DNA from: a virus
Lineage: Duplodnaviria > Caudoviricetes
Direction: 5' to 3' (one strand)
Length of the DNA stretch: 31,080 nt
IMG/VR virus record: IMGVR_UViG_3300033512_000107
Span: 1-31,080 of that record
In this document: positions 17,854 through 26,808 of the stretch, piece by piece
Layout of the letters: the number at the start of each line of letters is the position of its first letter
How positions within the stretch are numbered: position 1 is the first letter of the stretch
The notes under the pieces: generated by a model
Databases searched by the model: none
Seen by the model: the letters and a program-made list of their open reading frames with translations, nothing else
What the model was told of the DNA's origin: nothing
Translations under genes and position numbers: made by a program

Positions 17854-17891
17854 ATTTTAATATTTGTTTTTATTTATATAAAAATATTTTT

Positions 17892-18263
17892 ATGAAAACA
17901 TCAAGTGCTAAGGCAAAAGGAAGAAGATTACAACAGTTTGTAAGAGATACATTAATTGAATTTTTTAACATATTATATTCAACAAATAAAGATGAAAAGT
18001 TTTTATTAACAGAAGATGATATACGTTCAACAGGAATGGGACAACAAGGAGAAGATATACAATTAAGTAGTAAAGCAAGACAAGTTATACCATTTAATTT
18101 TGAATGTAAAAATAATGAAAAATTAAATATTTGGAGTGCAATTGAACAAAGTGAATTAGAAAGTATAAAACATAATACTATTCCTACAGTTGTATTTAAA
18201 CGTAATAGAAGTAAAACATATATTGTTATTGAGTTTGAAAAATTTTTAGACTTTATAAAATAA
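17892..18263 (+). CDS. PD-(D/E)xK nuclease, putative Holliday junction resolvase
   Basis: SAKAKGRRLQ, GQQGEDI, FECKN, PTVVFKRNR; replication module context. Confidence 0.75.
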   Translation: MKTSSAKAKGRRLQQFVRDTLIEFFNILYSTNKDEKFLLTEDDIRSTGMGQQGEDIQLSSKARQVIPFNFECKNNEKLNIWSAIEQSELESIKHNTIPTVVFKRNRSKTYIVIEFEKFLDFIK

Positions 18264-18290
18264 AACCTACTTAATTTAAGTAGGTTTTTT
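18257..18290. terminator. bidirectional terminator (repeat copy B)
   Basis: AAAACCTACTTA / TAAGTAGGTTTT; the first 22 nt are identical to copy A. Confidence 0.85.
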
Positions 18291-18371
18291 GTTGTTTATT
18301 TTGATTTTAAACAACGTTTATTCTAAGTTAGTATATTTACTTAGGAAATAAAAATAATTGAAATAAACGTA

Positions 18372-18812
18372 TTATAAACAATTATTATCAGCAAAAGAAT
18401 AATATTTGTCAGAAGTTAAGATTAAATGGTCTAAAATTGTACAATCGAATAATTTTAAAGTATCTTTTATTTTCTTTGTTATGTTTATATCTTCATTTGA
18501 AGGAGTTAATTCTCCTGAAGGATGATTGTGTGCAATTATAATTGCAGAGCATAAACTTTCTATTGCATATTTTGCGATTATCTTCACATCAACAATCGTT
18601 GAACATACTCCTCCTTGAGATATTTTTGAATAACCTATTGGCTTATTTGCTTTATTTAATAATAAAATAAACATACTCTCAAATATTTCGATATCATCAA
18701 AATAAAATTGTTTTATTATTTTATAAGCACTTTCACTACCAGATACTTTTCCTAAATCAAGAGTTACCTGAGTTTTAGTTTTTGTTAATTTTATTTCGGG
18801 TAAATATTTCAT
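18372..18812 (-). CDS. RadC-like JAB domain protein
   Basis: E..FILLL, ISQGG, AHNHPSG...PS.ED, LDHLI; JAB domain only, no HhH. Confidence 0.92.
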   Translation of the reverse strand: MKYLPEIKLTKTKTQVTLDLGKVSGSESAYKIIKQFYFDDIEIFESMFILLLNKANKPIGYSKISQGGVCSTIVDVKIIAKYAIESLCSAIIIAHNHPSGELTPSNEDINITKKIKDTLKLFDCTILDHLILTSDKYYSFADNNCL

Positions 18813-18835
18813 TTGTTTAACTTTTAAATTATATC

Positions 18836-18894
18836 ACAAAGATAAAACATTTATTGACAAAATACAAATTAATTTCTGTTAATAAATGTTAAAT
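18836..18894 (-). promoter_or_regulatory. repeated promoter, copy 4
   Basis: Plus strand ACAAAGATAAAACATTTATTGACAAAATACAAATT..TGTTAATAAATGTTAAAT. Confidence 0.85.
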
Positions 18895-18943
18895 TCATTT
18901 ATATATAAATAAATTTACATGGAATCAAATGAAATATGTTTGT

Positions 18944-19174
18944 TTAACACTCGTCTTCAGTAGCTTCCCTAAAATTTTCAATATGATACACACCAATTAT
19001 TTTCCCTGTATCCAAATCACACAAAATACAATGACCTTTTGCTTGTTTTATTTCACCCAGATAAACAAATAATTTATCTAATGGAAATATATCTTTATAA
19101 TATTTTTCATAATTTTCTTTTGATGTGCTATTTTCATCGAAAACAACAAATGAGTTAATTTTTAATTTATTCAT
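18944..19174 (-). CDS. hypothetical protein
   Basis: 76 aa, FVYLGEI..GHC..YHIENF, with phage-like composition. Confidence 0.72.
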   Translation of the reverse strand: MNKLKINSFVVFDENSTSKENYEKYYKDIFPLDKLFVYLGEIKQAKGHCILCDLDTGKIIGVYHIENFREATEDEC

Positions 19175-19279
19175 AAAATAAAATTTTAGTTTATAATAAA
19201 TAAAGTAATTTTTTTATAGTGAATAATAAAACCAATTATCAAATATAATGTTTTATTTATTTTAATTTAAAATTAAAAC

Positions 19280-20266
19280 ATGCAACAAGATTTATTAAAT
19301 TTCTTAACTAATTTTCTGGGTAATTATAAAAAAACAAGTGAAACAAATGTAGCTTTCATTTGTCCATTTTGTAATCATCCTAAACATAAATTAGAAATTA
19401 ATATTTCGGAAAGTAGCAATAAACAAGGTCATTGGCATTGTTGGGTTTGTAATAATGGAGGAGAACGTATTACATCATTATTTTATAAATTACAATATGA
19501 TAAAGTAGTAATAAATGAGTTGAAAAAGATATTACCTAAAATATATGTTACTAATAATACAAAGCAAAAAACTATATTTGATAATACTCCAATAACAAAT
19601 GATTTACTATTATTTAATTCATTTATTCCTCTTTATAATAACAATAATTCTCAAAAATATTTGGATAATTATAAATCATTTAATTTTTTTGAATGTACTC
19701 AATATTTATTATCTCGAAATATAGATATTGAAACAATTGAAAAATATAAAATACATTATAGTATAAATAATAAATATGATAAAAGATTAATTATTCCAAG
19801 TTATGATGAAAATTTTAAATTAAATTATTTTGTTACAAGAGATTATACCGAAACAGCTTTTATACCTTATAAAAATCCTAAACTTGATAAAGATGATGTT
19901 ATAATATTTGAACATTTAATTAATTGGAATAAACCTATATTTTTAGTTGAAGGAATGTTTGATGCAATTGAATTAAATGATAATACTATTCCTTTATTAG
20001 GTAAAACAATAGGTAAAAAATTATTAAATAGATTACAATATAATAATACTGAAGTTAATTTAATTCTTGATAATGATGCTTATAACGAAAGTATAAAATT
20101 AAGTGAAATCTTATTTAATCACGGAATAGAAAATGTTTATGTTACTTTTTTAAAAGAAAAGGATATATCTGAAATAGGAAAAGAAAATAGTATAAAATAT
20201 ATTTATGAAAATAGAATAAAAGTAAATTTATTTAACTTAATTAAATTAAAAATTAATGATACATAA
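19280..20266 (+). CDS. DNA primase (zinc finger + Toprim)
   Basis: CPFCNH..WHCWVC zinc motif, RLIIPSY, YFVTR, LVEGMFDA, ILDNDA, EKDISE. Confidence 0.88.
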   Translation: MQQDLLNFLTNFLGNYKKTSETNVAFICPFCNHPKHKLEINISESSNKQGHWHCWVCNNGGERITSLFYKLQYDKVVINELKKILPKIYVTNNTKQKTIFDNTPITNDLLLFNSFIPLYNNNNSQKYLDNYKSFNFFECTQYLLSRNIDIETIEKYKIHYSINNKYDKRLIIPSYDENFKLNYFVTRDYTETAFIPYKNPKLDKDDVIIFEHLINWNKPIFLVEGMFDAIELNDNTIPLLGKTIGKKLLNRLQYNNTEVNLILDNDAYNESIKLSEILFNHGIENVYVTFLKEKDISEIGKENSIKYIYENRIKVNLFNLIKLKINDT

Positions 20267-20921
20267 TATGATAGTAGAAAAACAAATAACAATACCAACG
20301 CTAAAAAGAATAGATAATATTTTTCATATATCTGATATTCATATACGAAATACAAAACGTCATGAAGAATATAATTCGGTATTTGATAATCTATGTAAAG
20401 AAATACAACATGAAAATTCAATTAATTTTGTATGCGGAGATGTTGTACATGCTAAAACACAAATGTCCCCCGAATTAATACAAGTTAGTAGTAATTTTTT
20501 ATATAACATCACAAAAATAAATCCTACTTTTGTAATTATGGGTAATCATGATGCAAATCTTAATAATTCAGATAGATTAGATGCATTACAACCTATTATA
20601 GATAATGTTTGTCATGATACATATATGAAGAATAATTTATTTTATCTTAAAGAAAGTGGAATATATACAATTAATAATGAAATTGATTTTGTTGTATTTT
20701 CTTTATTAGATAATATCAAAGTATATAATGAAATAATTGAATTATACAAAACGAATTATAAACATCTAAATAGAAAATCATACGCTGTTTATCATGGAAC
20801 AATAAATGGAGCAAAAACTGATACTGGATATACTTTAACAAATGAAGTTATTACAAAAGATATGTTTAATTTATTTGATAATACTATGTTAGGTGATATT
20901 CATAAATACCAAATAATATGA
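20256..20921 (+). CDS. SbcD/Mre11 (gp47-like) metallophosphoesterase, N-terminal fragment
   Basis: SDIH, GDVVH, GNHD, YHG, LGDIH motifs; stops 5 residues after the last motif. Confidence 0.9.
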   Translation: MIHNMIVEKQITIPTLKRIDNIFHISDIHIRNTKRHEEYNSVFDNLCKEIQHENSINFVCGDVVHAKTQMSPELIQVSSNFLYNITKINPTFVIMGNHDANLNNSDRLDALQPIIDNVCHDTYMKNNLFYLKESGIYTINNEIDFVVFSLLDNIKVYNEIIELYKTNYKHLNRKSYAVYHGTINGAKTDTGYTLTNEVITKDMFNLFDNTMLGDIHKYQII

Positions 20922-21610
20922 TAAATACAGTTCATTTAGGAGATTGTTTTGATATAATGAAACAAATACATGATAATTCAATTGATTGTATCATTACAGA
21001 CCCTCCTTATGGGATGAACTATCAGTCCTCCTGGAGGACTGATAAATTTGACAAAATTGAAAATGATGACAGTATAAGTTGGTTTCATTCATTTATATCA
21101 GATTGTTATAGAATTTTAAAACAAAATACTCATATATATATATATTGTAATGATTTTTATATTTCTGATTTTAGAAAATTAATGAAACAAGTTGGATTTA
21201 ATATAAAAAGAACATTAGTTTGGGTTAAAAATAATCATACAAGTGGAGATTTAAAAGGTGATTACGCAAATAAAACTGAATTTATTTTATATGCTCAAAA
21301 AGGAAGACGATTATTAAATGGGGGAAGAGATACAAATGTTTTATATTTTGATAGAGTTAATTGTAATATTCATCCAACACAAAAACCAATTGATATAAAT
21401 GAATACTTGATAAAAAAATCAACAAATGAAAATGATATTGTACTTGATACATTTTCAGGTTCGGGAACAACTGCAATAGCATGTATTAATACAAATAGAA
21501 ATTATATTTGTATTGAAAAAAATAATAAATACCATAATAGTTCAATTGAAAGAATTAAAAATCACATACAAACAAAACCGTTAATTAATAATAACCTATT
21601 TAATTTTTAA
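20918..21610 (+). CDS. N4/N6 DNA methyltransferase, beta class
   Basis: HLGDC, ITDPPY (motif IV) precedes HPTQKP and VLDTFSGSGTT (motif I). Confidence 0.95.
   Translation: MINTVHLGDCFDIMKQIHDNSIDCIITDPPYGMNYQSSWRTDKFDKIENDDSISWFHSFISDCYRILKQNTHIYIYCNDFYISDFRKLMKQVGFNIKRTLVWVKNNHTSGDLKGDYANKTEFILYAQKGRRLLNGGRDTNVLYFDRVNCNIHPTQKPIDINEYLIKKSTNENDIVLDTFSGSGTTAIACINTNRNYICIEKNNKYHNSSIERIKNHIQTKPLINNNLFNF
21020..21044. repeat. perfect 25-bp palindrome inside the methyltransferase gene
   Basis: TATCAGTCCTCC-T-GGAGGACTGATA. Confidence 0.9.
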
Positions 21611-21614
21611 TAAT

Positions 21615-24600
21615 ATGATTTTATATAGTGGTTCACTAATACAACAAGATTTCGGAGAAAATAATATACATGGTATTGTAAAATGGAATGTATATGATAA
21701 TAAACATGAGTTTATACAAATTAAAAATGATTATGGATTTAGAACAATATATTTTCTAAGTGATAATCAAATAGTATATAACGATGATAATAATATTATC
21801 GAAATTGATTTTGAATATATAAAAAATAATTTTCCTAAATATTTATCATTAAGAATACAAAAAAATAAAGAAGTATCATCTAATTCATTAAATGATTTAA
21901 TAGCAAACATTAAATTACATTTTACTATCAAGGATATAGTTATAATGGATTTAGATGATGATAAAACAATTGATAATATTAATTCAAATAAAGAATTAGA
22001 AACTAAATTACAAGATACCCAAAACAACCTAAATAAAGTTGAATATCAAAATGATTTATTAAAACAGTTACATTCTGAAGTATTAGGATTTGAATTAAGT
22101 GATGAGCAATTATTACAATTATATACAATAAATAATGAAATAAATAATAATTTACCTAAAACAGATACATTATATGAATCAACTATAAAAGTTGAAGAAA
22201 TGTGGTTCGATAATATGTTTAGTTATGGAGAAAATAATTATATTAATTTTAATAACCTACATAATATTGTAGGAATATTTGCACCAAATCAATATGGTAA
22301 AAGTAGTATTATGCAAATATTGTTATTTATGCTATATGATACCACAAGTAAAATATCAAAAACAATTGATGTATTAAATGTAAGTAAAACTAATTTTTAT
22401 GGTAAAGTAAAATTTAGTGTATCTGATAACAAATATATAATTGAAAAAAGCGGAGATTTAGATAAAAAGGGTAAATTATCATTTAAAGTAAATTTATATA
22501 AAATAGATGAGGATGATAATATTATTGAAGACTTAAATGGAGAACAAAGAAAGGATACAAATAAAAATATATTTGCTATTATTGGTACATATGATAATGC
22601 TGTAATGACAAATATTGTTTTACAAAATGATTCAGAATTTAACTTTGTTAATAAAACTCAAACAGAACGAAGATTATTATTATCACAATTTTTAGGATTG
22701 GATATTTATAAAAGTTTATATAACACTGCAACAAATTTAAACAAAACAAAAAAAGTTGAATTTGAATATTTACTTAAACAAAATGTTAATAATGAATTAG
22801 TTGAAAGTAAAGATGAATTGGATACATTATATACTCAAATAGATTTAACAACCAATAAAATTAATGATTATAATGAATTAATTGACAAAGGTAATGTAAA
22901 AATTAATGATTTAAAATCAAAAATAATAAATATAAGTACAAATAATATTGATATTAATTTGTTAATTAACAATAAAATATTATTGGAAAATGAAATAGAA
23001 CAATTATCCCAACGATTAAAATTATTAAATGATTCTGTTATAATATACAATAATAATATTATTAGTTGTAAAAACCAAATACAAAATTATGATATAAATG
23101 ATTTAACTGATAAATATAATACATATAATAATAATATAAAAATATTAGAAAAGTTAAATGTTTCATTATCACAATCATTAACAGAAAAAGAATTATTAAA
23201 TAGTCAAATAAGTAAGGATACATCAAAATTAAATCAATTAAACATAGATATTAGTGATATTAATAATAAAATTATTACAAATAAAAGCCAAATACAAAAC
23301 TATGATATAGATGATTTAACTACTAAATATAATACATACAATACAAATATTACTACAAATAATAATATTATTGTTAAACTTGATAATCTTAAATTAAAAA
23401 ACAAATCAATACAAAATTCAACATCTATTCTACAAGGATTTAATTATGATATTGATTGTAATACATGTAACAATAATTTAAAGATACAGCAAGAAGGACT
23501 AAAATCATTAAGTAATGATTATTCTATAAATAGTAAACTTATAATTGAATTAGAAGAACAATATAATAAAAATATAAGTGAAAATAATGATTTAGAAAAA
23601 TATGTTAAACAATATACTTTTTATAATAATATTTCAAATGAAATAGTTGAATCGGAAAAAAATAAAAAAGATGTTGATTTTAGTATTAAACAAACAAAAT
23701 CAGATATAGAATTAAAACGTTCAAAGTTATTAAATATACAAGAAAAAGTTAATGAACAAAATAATATTATACTTGATAATAATAACCTTGTACAATATGT
23801 TAAATTATATGAATTTTATACAAATATATCAAAAGAATTATCAAAAGTAGAACATGATAAAACTAATAATGATTATAATATTAAACAAACAAATACCGAA
23901 ATAGAACTTAAAAAATCTAATTTAATAAATATTATTGATAAAATTACAGAGTATAATAATAACAAAGGAATCATAGAAAAAAATAAAGAATATGAAGTTA
24001 AAATAAACGAACTAAATACAATTATTTTATCATATGATACAGAATATAAATCACTAATCAATAATCTTAAACAATATGAAATAAAAAAAGAAATTCTAAT
24101 TTCTAAAATCAATGAACTAAATATAAAATATATAAGAATCCAGGAATTAGAAACAGAATTAAAAATAATGGATAATTATATTTCATTAGTACATCATGAA
24201 GGAATACCATTTCAAATTATGAAACAAATAGTCAATAAATTGAATATTGAAGTTAATAAAATATTATCTCAAATAACAAACTTTATTTTAGAGGTGGAAA
24301 TTGATAACACTAATATCAATATCTATATGAAACAAAATAATAAACGTTGGTTACTTGAACTTAATAGCGGAATGGAAGGATTTATATCAAATATTGCTGT
24401 AAGAATAGCATTAAGTAAAATTACTATATTACCTAAAACAGATTTTATATTTATTGATGAAGGTTGGAGTTCACTTGATAGTGAAAATTTAGTTAAATCA
24501 ACTAATCTATTTACATATCTTAAACAAATGTACAAATATATACTTATTGTATCACATATTGATACAATGAAGGATATGGTCGATATGCAAATTGATATTG

Positions 24601-24638
24601 ATAAAAAAGATGGATTTAGTTTTATAAACTATAAATAA
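21615..24638 (+). CDS. SbcD C-terminal fragment fused to SbcC/Rad50 (gp46-like) ATPase
   Basis: Starts MILYSGSLIQQDFGE..HG..W (SbcD C-part). Then FDNMFSYG, Walker A APNQYGKSS, coiled coil with CNTC zinc hook, signature NSGME, Walker B IFIDEG, VSH. Confidence 0.92.
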   Translation: MILYSGSLIQQDFGENNIHGIVKWNVYDNKHEFIQIKNDYGFRTIYFLSDNQIVYNDDNNIIEIDFEYIKNNFPKYLSLRIQKNKEVSSNSLNDLIANIKLHFTIKDIVIMDLDDDKTIDNINSNKELETKLQDTQNNLNKVEYQNDLLKQLHSEVLGFELSDEQLLQLYTINNEINNNLPKTDTLYESTIKVEEMWFDNMFSYGENNYINFNNLHNIVGIFAPNQYGKSSIMQILLFMLYDTTSKISKTIDVLNVSKTNFYGKVKFSVSDNKYIIEKSGDLDKKGKLSFKVNLYKIDEDDNIIEDLNGEQRKDTNKNIFAIIGTYDNAVMTNIVLQNDSEFNFVNKTQTERRLLLSQFLGLDIYKSLYNTATNLNKTKKVEFEYLLKQNVNNELVESKDELDTLYTQIDLTTNKINDYNELIDKGNVKINDLKSKIINISTNNIDINLLINNKILLENEIEQLSQRLKLLNDSVIIYNNNIISCKNQIQNYDINDLTDKYNTYNNNIKILEKLNVSLSQSLTEKELLNSQISKDTSKLNQLNIDISDINNKIITNKSQIQNYDIDDLTTKYNTYNTNITTNNNIIVKLDNLKLKNKSIQNSTSILQGFNYDIDCNTCNNNLKIQQEGLKSLSNDYSINSKLIIELEEQYNKNISENNDLEKYVKQYTFYNNISNEIVESEKNKKDVDFSIKQTKSDIELKRSKLLNIQEKVNEQNNIILDNNNLVQYVKLYEFYTNISKELSKVEHDKTNNDYNIKQTNTEIELKKSNLINIIDKITEYNNNKGIIEKNKEYEVKINELNTIILSYDTEYKSLINNLKQYEIKKEILISKINELNIKYIRIQELETELKIMDNYISLVHHEGIPFQIMKQIVNKLNIEVNKILSQITNFILEVEIDNTNINIYMKQNNKRWLLELNSGMEGFISNIAVRIALSKITILPKTDFIFIDEGWSSLDSENLVKSTNLFTYLKQMYKYILIVSHIDTMKDMVDMQIDIDKKDGFSFINYK

Positions 24639-24666
24639 AAAAAGCCCTTTTATATAAGGGCTTTTT
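24639..24666. terminator. bidirectional terminator
   Basis: AAAAAGCCCTT / AAGGGCTTTTT between convergent genes. Confidence 0.88.
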
Positions 24667-24668
24667 AA

Positions 24669-25643
24669 TTAAATATTTTTCATATAAAATTCTTTAGCTT
24701 TTTGACTAATATATTTATTAGCTTTTTTAATATCAATTCCATTTTTGATTATTGTATCGTTTTCTTCTTTTATAATATCATTTACTAACCATCTTAAATA
24801 ATCACCTAATAAAGACATATCAAGAATAGGATTAGTTTCTTTTATTTTATCCATTCCTTGCAACATTCTATTTTCAGTACAAACATAATCAACAAATTCA
24901 TATAATCCATTAACTTCTTCAGTATCAACAGATGCAAGTGTTTTAACTTTACTAACAGAGTGCTTCTCACCTTTTACTTTATAGGTATATCTTTGTCCAT
25001 TATAAAATGCTTCCCATACAATACCTTCTCCAATTCCACTAACTCCAAAATATTTTCCTACAGGACATTCGTTTTCTACTGATAATGTTAATTCTTGTAA
25101 TTTATTTTGACTTAATTCTGGATAATTAAAATCAATAGTTATATCAAAATAAGGAAATTGAAGAATATTATAGATGTTTTCATTTTCAATTTTCAAATGT
25201 TTATAATTTTCCATATCCATCCAAACATCATCAATTCTAACTGCAAAAATAATAAACATTCTCGGTAATTGAGATATTGCTACTCCTTTTTGTATTCCCA
25301 TTCCACACCATTCTCCATATATAGCACAATAATCGTTAAATTCAATATTTTCAAATAATGAAATATATGATTTATTATTCAACGATGACATAAATTGAAT
25401 ATTATCATTATCCAATGATAATATTCTTTCTCTACTTTGAAATTCGTATGTGCCATTTTTATATTTAATGATACTTGCGTTTGTACCATGATTTTTCACT
25501 GTTCCTCTCCATTTAATTGTTGGATAGGGAGTTAAATGATTATAAATAGCAGTATCATTTTCATCTTTTCCTTGAAAATCGTGTGATGTTCTGATTTCTC
25601 TAACAACATCTTTAAATTGTTTAATGTCTGTAAATTTTTTCAT
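24669..25643 (-). CDS. RNA ligase, Rnl2-like nucleotidyltransferase
   Basis: Motif I TVKNHGTN, QSR, YGEW, FAV, EGIV, KVK. The likely start is MKKF at 25643 (the ORF track extends to 25691). Confidence 0.87.
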   Translation of the reverse strand: MKKFTDIKQFKDVVREIRTSHDFQGKDENDTAIYNHLTPYPTIKWRGTVKNHGTNASIIKYKNGTYEFQSRERILSLDNDNIQFMSSLNNKSYISLFENIEFNDYCAIYGEWCGMGIQKGVAISQLPRMFIIFAVRIDDVWMDMENYKHLKIENENIYNILQFPYFDITIDFNYPELSQNKLQELTLSVENECPVGKYFGVSGIGEGIVWEAFYNGQRYTYKVKGEKHSVSKVKTLASVDTEEVNGLYEFVDYVCTENRMLQGMDKIKETNPILDMSLLGDYLRWLVNDIIKEENDTIIKNGIDIKKANKYISQKAKEFYMKNI

Positions 25644-25668
25644 ATTTGATAATTTTAGTTTTATGTTA

Positions 25669-25950
25669 TTATTTATTCTCTGTTTGCTCATCTAAAAATC
25701 TATTAACTACAATTTCACTACCCATACCATCTATTTCTCTTAAATCATCTCCACATAACCAATTGGCAAAATCATTAAGATTTATTTTTATATCTACTTT
25801 ACTATAATCCCTCATTTTTTTATACAAATCAATCATTTCAAATTTTAATTTTTTATTCTCATCATCATCTATTTTAACATAATCAATAATTTCATTTATT
25901 GTTGATTTTAAATTTGACAAATCAGTTATAAACTTAGATGTATCCGGCAA
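25669..25950 (-). CDS. hypothetical protein (start uncertain, TTG)
   Basis: 93-aa ORF in the minus-strand cassette. Confidence 0.6.
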   Translation of the reverse strand: MPDTSKFITDLSNLKSTINEIIDYVKIDDDENKKLKFEMIDLYKKMRDYSKVDIKINLNDFANWLCGDDLREIDGMGSEIVVNRFLDEQTENK

Positions 25951-26019
25951 TTTAGCTGTTATTGATAAAATATTTTTTACATTTTATTTATTTTTTAATG
26001 ATTAATAATTTTTATATTT

Positions 26020-26289
26020 TTATTTACAATTAAAAATTTCAGGTATAATAGGAAAATCTTTTTTATAATTTGTATTTTTACATAAATTTTTCCATTTACC
26101 ATTATTTTTAATTTCAAATCTAATCGAATGCTCTTGGTCAATTACTCTAAAATTGTCTTTAATAAACTTCCCATCAATCCATCTTTTTCTATCAAAACTT
26201 TCTTTATAAATACCAGAATTACCTACAAATCCATTAGATAGTAATTTATTAAATAATGTTTCAATATAATTTTTAGTTTCTTTTTTCAT
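26020..26289 (-). CDS. hypothetical protein
   Basis: 89 aa, A-rich leader, in the cassette. Confidence 0.72.
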   Translation of the reverse strand: MKKETKNYIETLFNKLLSNGFVGNSGIYKESFDRKRWIDGKFIKDNFRVIDQEHSIRFEIKNNGKWKNLCKNTNYKKDFPIIPEIFNCK

Positions 26290-26308
26290 TGTTTTAATGT
26301 TTAATTGT

Positions 26309-26776
26309 TTACTTTTCTTCTCTACCTGTAATTATCAATAATAATTTATGTCTATCTATTTTATTGTTTATATTACAAGATAAGTATAAAAACTTTTCTA
26401 TGATAAATTCTCCTTTATTCGGAATATATTTTATATATTCTATATTTTCAACCGTATCCGTATTAATTAAATCATTTGCTACAAGTCTATGTTGAAAGAT
26501 AACAATATATAGTTGTTCATTAAATTCAACCACTCTTAAAGTTATATGACCGTTTTGTGTTCTAATATCATCAGGTAAATATGTTTCTTTTAAAAATTTC
26601 CAATTTTTTTGTTTTAATGTAGGAATCAACCAACCCGTACAATCTATATAAGGTATATCCTCTCCAGCTTCTCTTAAACTATAAGTTCTTTTGCTTAATT
26701 CTTTCAATGTTAAACAACCTAAATTGTTATAAAATTTTGCAAGGTCAATTAGTTTATCAATTTCTTCTGTTTTCAT
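26309..26776 (-). CDS. hypothetical protein
   Basis: 155 aa, first gene after promoter copy 5. Confidence 0.78.
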   Translation of the reverse strand: MKTEEIDKLIDLAKFYNNLGCLTLKELSKRTYSLREAGEDIPYIDCTGWLIPTLKQKNWKFLKETYLPDDIRTQNGHITLRVVEFNEQLYIVIFQHRLVANDLINTDTVENIEYIKYIPNKGEFIIEKFLYLSCNINNKIDRHKLLLIITGREEK

Positions 26777-26808
26777 TTTCTTAATTTTTAATTGTTAATA
26801 ATTATACC

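Larger units (their letters stand above)
20912..21619 (+). repeat. 11-bp direct repeat AATAATATGAT flanking the methyltransferase gene
   Basis: Copies at 20912-20922 and 21609-21619, each containing a start codon. Confidence 0.6.

Noticed and set aside
20918-21614. Group I/II intron carrying the methyltransferase within sbcD
   Set aside because: The ORF fills the entire gap with no non-coding room for a ribozyme core, and no intron motifs were recognised.
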